A stretch of DNA of 63,994 bases, counting the filler, from Diploschistes diacapsis (lineage: Eukaryota): assembly GCA_023645945.1 (NCBI GenBank). It is 5 parts of 5 records of this genome, joined end to end, with 100 filler letters (N's around TTAATTAATTAA, not from the genome) between each part and the next. Parts side by side here need not be neighbours in the genome. Positions count along the whole stretch, not along the records: positions 8,269 to 16,421 come from JALAIB010001188.1; positions 16,522 to 24,670 come from JALAIB010001189.1; 3 more parts are not named here. One strand, written 5' to 3'. Below the pieces are notes generated by a model, which ran no database searches, had not been told where the DNA came from, and saw only the letters and a program-made list of their open reading frames with translations. Of this stretch, positions 12,220 through 24,770 are shown one piece after another; within the stretch, counting starts at the first letter, position 1, and the number at the start of each line of letters is the position of its first letter. The position numbers were made by a program, and so were the translations under genes.

Positions 12220-13223
12220 AGCCACGGCCTCACCCAACATCATTACGCGCCTCAGCTCATCCTAGTTTCCTTTATTCCTCTCTTCTTTACTTGCACTCCT
12301 GGAATAGAGGTCTTGATGATACCCCACGTGCTATGCCCGCTTCCGACTGACGGGCAACTGGCGCATCGGTCCTGATTTATGCGCATCCCCATTTTCCTTT
12401 ACTACAGAAATCTTGTCTCCCAGCGAAGCAAGTCACATATGGCTTGCAAGGGCTCCTTTCTGGGCTTAGCCTACTTGAAGTTGCCCTGGACAAAGCGTTG
12501 GAAGATTAATTTGGAGATTCGTGTGGCCTTGCGGTCGTATGGGTCCCTCTACAGGAACTGAAGGCGCTACTTCTCGCTGCATACAGTGGCTACGACCTTC
12601 GGGCTTGGTGGAAGCAGCGCAAGAGAACGTCCTGAACATAGACAAGATAGCAGATGTCATGCCTCACCTTTCAAAGCAAGTTCATCATCTTTTAGTTAGA
12701 TTGACATAAATTAGCCAAATAATGCATACACGCTAAGTTAGATTCCATACAAATTCCCTCATGTTCCTCTCGAGTAATTTGGCAGCGCACAGTAAGTGGC
12801 TTTAAGTCTTTTGATTTCAACTTCCACCACAGCATGTCTGCACAGAGATTTGGCCTCCTGTATAGTTGGACTTATCTTTGGAGAGCTCCAGTGATGCAGT
12901 CAACGTCACTGTGCAGGTGGGCGTGTTTACCTTGAATTGCTGCTGCCCCTCAATATGGGACTTTCAGACACGAACACTTTTTGCGCCAGATCACATACAG
13001 CCAAGCAGCGGCCAAGAAGAAGCTAGGGATTGGCAGTTACACCTTTCACCCGAGTCCAAGATGGTAGGAGGTATTTGACTTTCGTCAATTGTATCATCAG
13101 ATGGGAACGGGCACGCTACTGCGGGGTACAGTGAAACCCGAACCTGTATCGAGAGTGTTACGATTGTAAAACGTAGCAACAACATCTTGAAGTTCATAAC
13201 GATCCACACGAGCCGAAACCAAC

Positions 13224-16182
13224 ATGTCCGACGATGACAGCTTGAAGAGTGGAGGCCATGAGCACCACTTAATGCGCGACAAACTTAAGCACCCCTTTTC
13301 CGGGCTGCGTGAGAAACTCAAAGGTGTGTCTCAACCATTCTGAAAGCGAAGAAGCTGCAAAGACAAGAGGAGCGGCGGAACGGGGACGACCTTCCAAGAA
13401 AAGATCCTCAACCCGTGTCCTGACCATTCCTCTCAGCCAGCGCTAACCCACCCTTCCCCAGACACCCACCTCTACGACGTCAAAGTCAAAGCCAGCCACC
13501 TAAAGCACAAGCTCGGCAAGCTCGAGAACCTCGTGAACCCGAACCACCGACACGATGAGGAGCACGAGAAGGCAACGGACGAGAAACGCAGCCGTATAGC
13601 CTCCTCGCATCGCTTCCACTCTTTTGCGCCCGAGCGCTCGGGGAACCGGGTGAAATGGTACGTCGACGGCCAGGACTACTTCCACGCCGTATCCGTTGCG
13701 CTCGAGCGTGCCAAAGAGGTCATTTATATTGCCGACTGGTGGATCTCCCCCGAGCTGTTCCTCCGGCGCCCGCCGTACTACAATCAGGAGTGGCGTCTGG
13801 ACCAGGTGCTCAAGCGGCGGGCGGAGGCCGGGGTCAAGATCTACGTGGTTATCTACCGAGAGGTTGAGGCGGCGATTACGTGCAACAGCGCGCACACGAA
13901 GCATGCGCTGCAGGGCCTATGTCCGAAGGGGAGCAAAGGGTATGGGAATATCAAGGTGATGCGGCACCCGGACCATAACGTGTTTGAAAATTTGGGAGAC
14001 ATGACGTTCTACTGGGCGCACCATGAAAAGTTCATGGTCATTGATTACGAGCTGGCGTTTATTGGCGGGTTGGATATGTGCTTTGGGAGGTGGGACAATA
14101 GGCAGCATGCGCTGGCTGATGTGCATCCGAGTGGAGTACAAAATGAGATTTGGCCGGGGCAGGATTTCAACAATAACAGGTGCGCGATACAGACGGGTGT
14201 GAACTCGGAGTAAAGAATTTGTGTAAGGGGGTGCCTGGGCTGACATGTTTTGGAACAGGATAATGGATTTCCAAAGTGTACAGGATTGGAAATCAAACGA
14301 ACTCTCCAAAGCCGACTACGGCCGAATGCCGTGGCACGACGTCGCAATGGGCGTCATCGGCGAGTGTGTGTACGACATCGCCGAGCACTTCGTCCTGCGC
14401 TGGAACTTCGTCAAACGAGACAAATACAAGCGAGACGAGCGCTTCGACTGGCTCATGCTCGAAGGTCGGGACGAAGACATCATCTCCATCCAACGCCCCA
14501 AGTTCCCAGTCGGCGACTACATCAAGCACCCCTTCACGCCCCTCTCTACCCGAGCCTGGACAAAGGAAGCGCAAGGTACGGTCCATGCGCAAATCATCCG
14601 CAGCAGCGCGGACTGGAGCAGCGGCATCTTGCCAGAATACTCGATCCAGAATGCCTACAAGGAAATCATATCCAGGGCGCAGCACTTTGTCTACATCGAG
14701 AACCAGTTCTTCATCACCGCCACTGGCGAAGAACAAAAGCCCATACAGAACACCATCGGCCAGGCCATCGTCGAAGCCTGCGTCCGAGCAGGCAGAGAGG
14801 GGCGCAAGTTCCGCGTCATCATCGTCATCCCTGCCATACCCGGATTCGCGGGCGACCTGCGGGCCGACGCCGCGATCGGAACCCGCGCGATAATGGACTA
14901 CCAGTACAAGTCCATTCACCGCGGGGAGCACTCCATCTGCGGGCAGATTGAAAAAGCGGGTTTGGATCCCAAGCAGTACGTCTTCGTCTTCAACCTGCGA
15001 ATTTACGACCGTCTGAACAAGACGCCCGCTCTCGTGCGCCAGGAAGAGAATTCGGGCATAAAGTACCAGGACATGCAGCGCGCCGCGGCCGAGGAGATAA
15101 TGGGCTCCGCCATGCACGGCTCGTTGGACCAAGATGAGAGCGACGACGACAGGGATAACGCAGGAGACGAGGCGCGAGAGCATGCGATAGACCAAAAGCG
15201 CAAGTTCGAGGCGTCAGCGGACGATGCGGGGCATCACGAAGACAAGCCCGGGCACACCGCCGATTCGGTTGCGCGGACGGCGATGCTCCCCGGGGGCAAG
15301 GTATCGGACCAACCGTTCGATGGGACCATGGACGAGGAGAAAGGGAATTTCGTGCAGGAAGAGCTGTATATACACGCGAAGCTGTGTATTGTGGACGACA
15401 GGATTGTGATTTGTGGGTCGAGCAACTTGAACGACAGGGTAAATGGCGTCCTCCAACGTGCCTTGCTTACCATACGTATTCGAACGCTAACGGCATGCAC
15501 AGTCGCAACTCGGCTTTCACGACTCTGAGCTCTCGATAGTAATGGAAGACAGAGAGCTCGTCGACAGCACCATGGACGGCCAACCTTTCAAAGCCGGCCA
15601 TCACGCTACGACGCTACGGCGCTTCCTCTGGCGCGAACATCTCGGCCTGCTACCGGCGCAAGACCTTGACGCGGAGCACGACCCCAACGCGCAGCCGCCA
15701 AGCGACTGCCTGAACGATAGCAGGGAAGACGAGCAATTCCGGTTCGTCGAGGATCCGATGAGCGACAGGGTGTGGGACATGTGGACGGGGAACGCAACCG
15801 TGAACACGGATATCTACCGGCAGCTGTTCAGGGCTGATCCGGACGATCACAGTAAGTTGCTTTTTTTTCTCGTTCATCACATCGTCACCATGCTGCATCC
15901 TCCTACCTCCATGCATCTTTGGTCAATATGGCACGCGCAAAGCTCGTTGCTGATGGGCTCGCAGTCACAACGTTCGAAGAATACGAAAAATTCCTACCAA
16001 AAGAGTCCGGCATCAAGCAGGGACATATTCACGACCCGTACATGCCACCCCAGGAAGTCCAGGCGAAACTGTCGCAGATCAAGGGCCACCTTGTCTGGAT
16101 GCCGCTGCATTTCCTCGAGAATGCGCCGATGGCGGAAAGGGGATTACAGGTTAATGAGTACACGGAGAGCGTGTATACGTGA
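13224..16182 (+). CDS. Phospholipase D (no PX/PH domains); introns 13324-13461, 14180-14258, 15439-15502, 15852-15964
   Basis: Two HKD motifs (HHEKFMVID, YIHAKLCIVDD..GSSNLNDR), plus IYIADWWISPE, RMPWHD and YIENQFF. Splice junctions keep the frame. Confidence 0.92.
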
Positions 16183-16421
16183 TCTGCCTTGGGGACGGTA
16201 TGGAAGGAAAAACGGAGAAAAACGGAGGCTACCAAGGCAGTAGGAACGGGGGATTTGATACCACAGAGAGTACGGTTAAAGGGAGGTTTTTTTTTGTGGG
16301 GTGTTCTTCGAGACGTCATGCAGGATGCAGATATCCGCTAAGAAGGTTCAGGTTCGAATGCGAAGCTAGAAAGCCTTGTCCGTTCTCCATCGCGAGAATC
16401 GGTTTTGGGTGGGAGGAGGGG

Positions 16422-16521
16422 NNNNNNNNNNNNNNNNNNNNNNNNNNNNNNNNNNNNNNNNNNNNTTAATTAATTAANNNNNNNNNNNNNNNNNNNNNNN
16501 NNNNNNNNNNNNNNNNNNNNN
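16422..16521. other. Artificial contig-joining linker
   Basis: N44-TTAATTAATTAA-N44. Confidence 0.97.
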
Positions 16522-17085
16522 GTAAATACAGGGGGAGGGAGGGAAGGTGGTCGTTGTTTGGGGTAGCGCTGTGATCAGAGATAGAGATTAGGGCGGGAAG
16601 TTTGGAGGAGGAACTGGATCGGTGTATATCTGGTTGCATGAGGAGGCGATGAGAAGCTGTAGATAAGACAAAAATGCTCCGATAACTTAGCAATAGTCGG
16701 AGAAGTACACAGCAATAATATGCTTGTAGTTGTAATCAGTCTGCATCCCGATGACGATGGTTAATTGTCCCGCGAAGCTTTCATCATCCTTGAGCATTCC
16801 AATCCTGTTTGATATTCACATTGCTGAATATAGAAATAAAATTATACTTCTAAATGCAGCGAGGTAGATAAGCAAAAATGAGACGGGCAGCTTTACGTAG
16901 CCGCTGCGAGTTTCCCCACCCCCAGCTATTGAGAGCTTTCAAATCCTTCGTGGTAGGGAACTGTTCCATTTCCCCTTCAAAATTGTCTTTTTGAATTGTG
17001 TATCACTTTATGTGTGCGTTATTTGTTGGACATATTTTCTCAGAGCGAAGCGTTCTGCTTCGCTTCAACGCCCGGTTTAAGGCCC

Positions 17086-19538
17086 ATGGCGAAAATGGGA
17101 TCGCTGCCTGCACGAAGCCAAAATGTTAGACAGCACTGGTTTGGCACTGCTGCGGGGATGCTTTTGATAGTCGTCATGTTCTACATGCTCTCTTCTTTCT
17201 TTCCTAGGGTCGAATGCAACTTGTGCGCGTATAAGGATCGCATTTCGTACACAGCATCAAAGGCGTCGTTAACTTCAGTATCCAAGCTGAATCCAGCTAT
17301 CATGGAAGCAGCAGATATCACTTCCATAGCGAAGAAGTTTACACCAGAGTACGCAGTGTTCCTAATGAGAATGGTGAATGTCTATTTATTGACGAATTTT
17401 GCAGTGTGCTGTTGAGCGCTCCGAGACGGTCTGCTGCGGAACCCAACCATGCTGGCACTCATGCTTTGTACACTGTATCTACGTACTCTTTCGAGTCACA
17501 CAGAAAAACTACAGAGATACGGCTGCTCGATATGAAAACAAAGAAATCAACGCTAATCACGAACGAAGAAGGTGTTAGCGAAGCGCATTGGCTGGAGGAC
17601 GAGATCCTTTATCTCAAATCGGGACCTAGGAAGGAGACGGCATTGATCGTCTCCAGTATCTCTGACGTAACCAAGAACTATACTGCAGCTGTCGTTCCAG
17701 GTCCTATTTCGGAAGTGAAGCTTAAAACTCTGGAGAAGGGCAGAGTAGCTTTGGTGGCTTCTGGAAAAGCAGCGAAGAATGGATCTCTGTTCAATCCGGA
17801 GCTTGAGCAACCAAAGCATCATACTGGACTCCTCTACGACACCTTAATGGTACGTCACTGGGACAAGTATGTCAAGTCCGAGAAGAACGCGCTATTCTAT
17901 GGGCTCTTCCAGCTTTCTGCACCACATATCACAGAGACTAAGGGTACATATTCGCTTTCGCCGTTGCAGAATGCCCTAATGGGAACTCATCTGGAGTCGC
18001 CAATTGAGCCATGGGGAGGTGGGGATCATTTCGATATCTCCGCCTATGGCCTGATTTTTGTCTCTACAGACCCCGAATTAGATCCAGCAATCAACACGAA
18101 GTGCAATGCCTATTTTCTGCCAGTTGACGATTACAGGAAACCGGCGAATCCTTCGGGTCCTATCAAAATCCAGCTGGGGGGGTTTGAAGGTGCAGCTACT
18201 TCCCCAGTTTTCTCCCCTGATGGAAAATCAGCTGCTTTCCTTCAGATGCGTGAAAATGGGTATGAATCGGACAAGTACCAGTTGATCATCGTGTCGAACA
18301 TGAACATTGCGTTCGAAGCGGAAGTGGCTATGTCATCGGACGATGGGAAGGGTCTTTGGGACAAGAGGCCAGGCCAAATTCTCTTCAGCAATGATGGCAA
18401 AATCATTTACCTCGTCGCGCCTGACGAGGGCACTGAATCTCTTTTCAGCATCGAATTTAAGACGCAACCTTCTGAGATGAAGGCATTGCCCAAAAAACTA
18501 ACATCGAGTGGCGCTGTCTCAACGATGCATCGGTTCGGCACATCAGACAAGGGAGTGTTGTTCACTCATACTTCCCTTATCGACAACAGTGTGTGGTCAC
18601 TCTATGACCCTGACTCATCCCCTGAATTTGAGAAGATATCTTCCAATACGCAAGATGGCAAAGCTCTTGGCCTGTCCACTTCCCAAACTTCCTCATTCTG
18701 GTTTGTAGGTGCTAGAAATCGAAAAGTGCATGCATTGGTCATGAAGCCCAGTGATTTTGATTCGGAAAAGAAGTATCCCCTTGCGTTCCTGATACATGGA
18801 GGCCCTCAGGGTGCCTGGGATGATGCTTGGTCCACCCGATGGAATCCGGCTGTATATGCTGAGCAAGGCTATGTCGTGGTCACACCTAACCCTACAGGAT
18901 CCACAGGCTACGGCCAGGAGTTTACTGATGCAATTCAAAATAACTGGGGAAGCCTACCATACGAGGACCTTGTCGCTAGCTTTGAGCACATCAAGAATAG
19001 CCCTGACTTGAGCTTCATCGACACCAGCCGTGCAGTGGCTCTAGGCGCTTCTTACGGTGGATATATGATGAACTGGATAAACGGTCATTCTCTGGGGCGC
19101 GAGTTTAAAGCCCTCGTCTGCCATGATGGTGTATTCAGCATGCAGAACCAAATATCGTCCGACGAACAGTACTTTCCCACTCACGAGATGAAGGGCTTCT
19201 TCTGGTCTTCGCCGGAGACCATGGCCAACTGGGATAGATGGGACCCAGCACGGTACGCTGGTAATTGGAGTACGCCGACGCTCATTATACATAACGGCAA
19301 GGATTATCGCTTGCCGATTAGCGAGGGCCTGGCTGCTTTCAATGCCCTTCAGCTGCAGGGTGTGGATAGCCAGTTCCTAACTTTCCCGGACGAGAATCAC
19401 TGGGTACTTGATGAGGAGAACAGTCTTGTTTGGCATACTGTTGTCCTCAATTGGATCAACAAGTATGTTGGCTTGCCGGAATATCGGAAGGGCGAAGGGC
19501 CTGAGCCAGAACGTGTCGCAAGCTGGAAGAGAGATTGA
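17086..19538 (+). CDS. dpp5: Dipeptidyl peptidase V (S9 prolyl oligopeptidase family); intron 17349-17404; start at 17086 or 17302
   Basis: Splicing gives KFTPDVLLSAPRRS. Also VRHWD, IHGGPQ, STRWN, catalytic GASYGG, KDYRLP and FPDENHWV. Confidence 0.9.
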
Positions 19539-19824
19539 AGATGGGTTGAAGCTACAGTGGTCGTCTGTACCAATGATGTGTATATATGAAGTCATCGAAG
19601 GCATTTCTTGTATAGAAGCGGCTCTCTCCGCACAGAGATAACCTGTCGTTGTTTTGAGACGCCGATTAGTCACGATCACTTGCATATCACGTGCATGGTT
19701 TGATCGCGTCAGCTTCGCGTTTTGGCAAACGTGTTCATCCTTGTACATTGAAACCTATTACAGATACAGTCCGCTATACACCCCTTGCTATTTGTAAGTA
19801 TTGCTGTGAACCCTGCTATTTGCA

Positions 19825-22429
19825 ATGGTGCTTGCCGCACAGAGTCTTTCAACGCATAACAGGGTTGTGGGCCGGCGTATCCCTCATCCAGCTTCCACCA
19901 ACTTCACCAGTGACATAGCTTCGCCGCTTGCGAAGAGGCTCAAGAAGAATGACAGTTTAGAAACCACCCTTTCAAGAAGTTCTTCGATTGATGAAAAAGA
20001 CGCGACGAGGTCCTACTCGCCATCGAAGTCAATGGCTCGGGAAGTTAAAGACTCTCAAGAAGAGGGCGACAGTGAACAAGATGCCTTACCACCGGGCTCG
20101 CAAACAGACCTTGAGAGTGCCTTGCCGCCCGTCAATACCGACAAGCAAGCCATAGAGGAATACGAGACCATGGGCCCACAGAATAGATTGAAGTTCCGAA
20201 AATGGACAAAAGGTAAAACATCTATTTACGTAGATGCCTTCAATTTGGCGCTAGACACGGTTCTCGAGGAAGAAGGTGATCTCTTCGATGAGGCAGAATT
20301 AGCTGTTTTCGATAATTGGCGAAATTCAAGTTACGAAGCGCAGTATTTGTATGGCAGCTTGAAGGTCTACCGCAAAGCTTGCTTATTGGGTTATTAGATA
20401 CGTGCGACTATTTTTGAGGAAGACTTCTGCCTGGTTCCGAGTGAACCGTCTTAAATATCATTCCGATATAGGCGACATGCAGGTTGCCGTCAATGAGCTT
20501 CTCGAGCTCCGGCTTCTGCCCAAACCACCAAGTGAAAGGGTACGTCACCCGGGAGAGATAGACACTCGAGATGATGTTCCAATTTTGGACAATCCATTCG
20601 CGTTCGCAGAGGAGTCAGACGCGTTCGTCAAGTCCATTGACGATGCTGCGTCATTGCTGCTCCTGGACGAGCTGAAATTAGTTGCCAAAGAAGCAAGAGC
20701 TCAAGGTAAAACTAAGAGGGAACTCATCGAGTCCTTGAAACGCGCGAGTCAAAATCAAAGTGGCTTGGCATGGCGAGGGCTAAAACGCTCCAATACCGAA
20801 GATTCGATAAAGTCTGAAGGCTCTCTCATAGCCGCCGAAGGCGAAGAAGATTACAGTAAGACTAACAGGGACTCGTATTTCATGGATAAGATACTTGAGA
20901 TTACTGGGCCTTGCATTCGGCTATCTCCAGCGGTTTTCAAATTGTTCGAGAGAGTGCATCTCGTCTTCTATCGGTCTACAGAATGGAGCGAGAAATCGTT
21001 GACTACCATCATCCTCGCCCAGATATCCCGGCGAAACTTTCCGGAATATATTGTCTGTAGGTCTGCAAACATCTTCTCGGGGAGACTCCACCTTTTAGAG
21101 TTCGATTCTGCGTTGAGGACTCAGGCCATTGTGGATGAACTCACAGAAGGTAAAGGACCAATAATACCTAGACTGGAAAAAGTCAGAACTATATACGAAG
21201 ATGTATACCCCTCCTGGAAGAGTATAGTAGCTGAAGAGCAGGAGAAAGAGATGAGGATCTACGAGTCCGGAGAGGGTGCCTATCTTCGCAGATTCTCTCC
21301 AGCTTGGGTGTATACGAGAATAATCCATAAGGGTTTAGATTCATTGGCACGTTTTAGGGAGCGGAAACGAGAGCATGAACTCCTGACGGAGTTGCTGGAT
21401 CAGCGCTTGTTTCACGCCGCGAGGCGCGGGTCGTGGTATCAGCGAAAAGCTTTGCTAGAAGAACACTATATGTGGGATATCGAGCCTAATGAAGGTCGAA
21501 ATGAAGAAGCACAGAAGAGACATTGGAAGAAGATCGCTTTACGAACGTGCGAGGAGGGCTTACAAGACAGGGAATGCCATGTTATCTTTCACTATGATCT
21601 TCAAAAAAGGATTATGAAGCTCGAAAAGTCCCTCAAGATTGCCAAAAGGGAGCAACATGACTTTGCATATAACCTGCTCATAAAGCCATTGGAGCGCGCC
21701 GTTGAGGGTACACGCATTGAAAGGACCCTGGGGCCCACTTCTGGCGGGAGGCGTGGTAGTGAGCCGCAAACATCTCGAAGAGGGACTAAAACTATCTGGC
21801 TCGATCCTAGAGAGGAAGACGGTGAATGTGGCGTCGAAGCCATGTGCTTGAGCTGGTATCGAGATCAAGGATGGAAAGGATATCACTCTGAAGGAGGGAT
21901 TGTTCGGACCCTATTCGGCTTTCTATTCTACGACATCATCTTCACTTATATCCCAAACGTGTTTCAGACCGCTTTTCAGACCTGCCCGTTGGATCTGCAT
22001 ACGGATGCTTTCTATCCCTCTCGCATATCGGAAATCAATCGACGACTAGCTGAGATCTCCAACGGCGACGCTCTGATGATCTTCAAAGAGGTTTACAAAC
22101 GTGAGCATGAGAAGCAAACATGTGTTATTGGCATCGATTGGAGCTATGATGTCGAAGATCTTGAGGAGATAATAATGTGCTTCAAAGGCGAAGCGTTAGC
22201 TGTGGTGTGCAAGGTCATGGCGCAGGAATATCAACAGCGAGGTGGAGGGATTCCGGATCTTTTCCTGTGGCATCCCCAGCGCAAGGAGGTTATGTTCTCA
22301 GAGGTAAAGTCCGAGAATGACAGACTAAGCGATACTCAGAGGCTTTGGATACACGTGCTTTCTGGTGCTGGCATCAAGGTTGAACTGTGCAATGCTGTTG
22401 CAAAGGAGGTCAGGCAGGTTGAAGGTTAA
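19825..22429 (+). CDS. FAN1: Fanconi-associated nuclease 1 (VRR-NUC); intron about 20349-20398
   Basis: SIYVDAFNLALDTVL, YVRLFLRK, GYHSEGG, FQTCPLDL, and the VRR-NUC core GGIPDLFLW..EVKSENDRLSDTQRLW. Confidence 0.9.
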
Positions 22430-23036
22430 TCGCCGGCTTCTATCTCAACCTTTATATCCTTTGCTCTAGGGCACAAATAACACACATGCTTTGGATCCCA
22501 GCAAAGTTTCTGCGTGGATCGAACCCAGATGTTGTCAACCGAGATAACAGAATCTCATCCGTTGAACGTCCCGCACAACGTATGGAGCCTCTCGCTGGCA
22601 CTTGGCGCTGGTGAGTCGTAAACTTTGCTCTAGAGCATGACAATGGACCTAAAGGTATTTGAATTTTTTTTCATGATCAAGATCTCGTAGCTAACGGTAT
22701 TGAAGGCTCCAGAAAAGGGGCCGATTGCAATTGACTAGTGTATGTCTTTTGAATCGATCGAATGTGGGGAGAATACGGCGTGTGGACGTCACTTTCGAAG
22801 TCGATGTAAATTTGCGGTGATAGGTCGGATTTCTAGAATCTCTACGTCGTGCTAACTAACTCATTGCATCGAATACGGTTGTATGTATAAATATGTCTTC
22901 CTGCATCTTGGGTTGTACTTGACAACCCACAGCTCTGCTTAGCTTCTCGAATACTTGTACGTAGCTCAAAGGAACCCCCTTATTAGCTTACCAAAGACTT
23001 CTTCTATATCAGTCTTCCTTCTACTCTGACTTCAAT

Positions 23037-24670
23037 ATGCTTTTTTTGCTTTGCCTCCTTTTCGCTGCTTCATTCACTCAAACCCCTACCTTGGCCCAAC
23101 CTCCAGCTGACACTGTTGTGCCTTCACTCGACGGCTATGATGGTCTGTATAGACCGCAGATTCATTTCTCCCCGCCGCAAGGGTTTATGAATGGTGAAAC
23201 ATTATCCTCGAACCAAGCAGATAATGCTCTGACAATCTAAGACCCTAACGGCCTGTTCGTCGATCCGACGGGGACATACCATCTATATTACCAGCGCAAG
23301 TCTTCTGAAGGGGTTTGGTGGGATGCTAAGTTTATGATAATATAGTAAATCCTACGGCGCTCGTGGCTGGAAACCAGCATTGGTATGTCTTCGCTTGAAA
23401 GACGGTGTCTTTGAACGCTGTAGAGAGTGAGCGAGACTAATTCCGTCCTGTTCAGGGGCCACGCAACCTCTACTGACCTCTATAACTGGAAAAACCAACC
23501 GATCGCCATCTCTCCAAGCACCGCCGATCCCCAAGGCCTCATCTTCTCCGGGTCCGCCGTTCTCGATCCAAACAACACATCTGGCTTCTTCCCTGCCGGT
23601 TCCCTCAACTTCTCCTCCACCACCGTCGGCACCATTGCCGCCTATACCCTCGACCACCCAACTGCTCAAGTCCAAAACATCGCGTACTCCACCGACAACG
23701 GCTACACTTTCACCAACTACAGCGGCAACCCCGTCCTCAACGTCCAGAACAACCCCAACTTCCGCGACCCCCACATTACCTTCCATGGCCCCACAAACCG
23801 CTGGGTCATGGCCGTGTCCTGGGCCGAACTCTTCACAATCGGCTTCTTCACCAGCCCCGACATGAAAACCTGGACGCCCGCCAACAACTTCTCCGCATTC
23901 GGCCTTCTCGGGCTCCAATGGGAGTGTCCCAACCTCGTCGAAGTACCCCTCCTTATCGACGCCTACGCTCCACCTTCCGAGAAATTCTCCCCAACAAACA
24001 TCAACGGCACCGCCTGGCTCCTGCAAATCAGCATTAACCCCGGCGCCCCGCAAGGAGGCTCCATCAGCCAATACTTCCCCGGTTCCTTCAACGGAACCCA
24101 TTTCGAGCCGGCAGACGGTGCGGCGAGGCTGACGGACTGGGCCAAGGACAATTACGCAGGCCAGTTCTACTCCGGCATCGACCCTCGCAAGCCGCAGGTG
24201 CTCATGACGTGGGCGAGCAACTGGCAGTATACTAACGCGTTGCCCACTGCGGACGAAGGGTGGCGGTCGGCGATGGGCGTGCCAAGGTACGTGGGACTCG
24301 CGAGGAACGTGCCGCGGGCGCCGTGGACGCTGGTCCAGGCTCCCGTGCCGTTTCCCGAGAGCCTGTACGCTGCCGATTCCTCTTCTTCCTCATCATCCTC
24401 TTCTTCACCAAGTTCCTTCTCCCCATTCTCCCCATCCTTCTCCTCCTTCAACGCCCCCAACTCAACATCCCCCTACTCGACACCCAACCTTCCCCTTACA
24501 AACACCTCCCGGACCATCTCCCTCCCCCGCGCCTCCGTCCTCCGAAGCGGCGCCTTCCTCCTCACCCTCACGGCCTACAACCTCTCGACCGCAGCCCCGC
24601 AGACCGGCTCCATCAACTTCACCCTCTCCTCTTCCTCCCCATCCCAAAGCCCCTCCTCCTCCTCCTCCTC
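23037..24670 (+). CDS. Secreted GH32 beta-fructofuranosidase/exo-inulinase, 3' end truncated by the contig end; introns 23194-23241, 23296-23345 (GC-AG), 23383-23455
   Basis: Signal peptide MLFLLCLLFAASFTQ. RPQIHFSP, spliced FMNDPNG, HWGHATS, FSGS, FRDP and WECP catalytic motifs. Confidence 0.9.
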
Positions 24671-24770
24671 NNNNNNNNNNNNNNNNNNNNNNNNNNNNNN
24701 NNNNNNNNNNNNNNTTAATTAATTAANNNNNNNNNNNNNNNNNNNNNNNNNNNNNNNNNNNNNNNNNNNN
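24671..24770. other. Artificial contig-joining linker
   Basis: N44-TTAATTAATTAA-N44. Confidence 0.97.

Noticed and set aside
14250..15195. Long overlapping and antisense ORFs within PLD (also within GH32 and the last monooxygenase)
   Set aside because: Expected shadow ORFs of GC-rich, codon-biased coding sequence.
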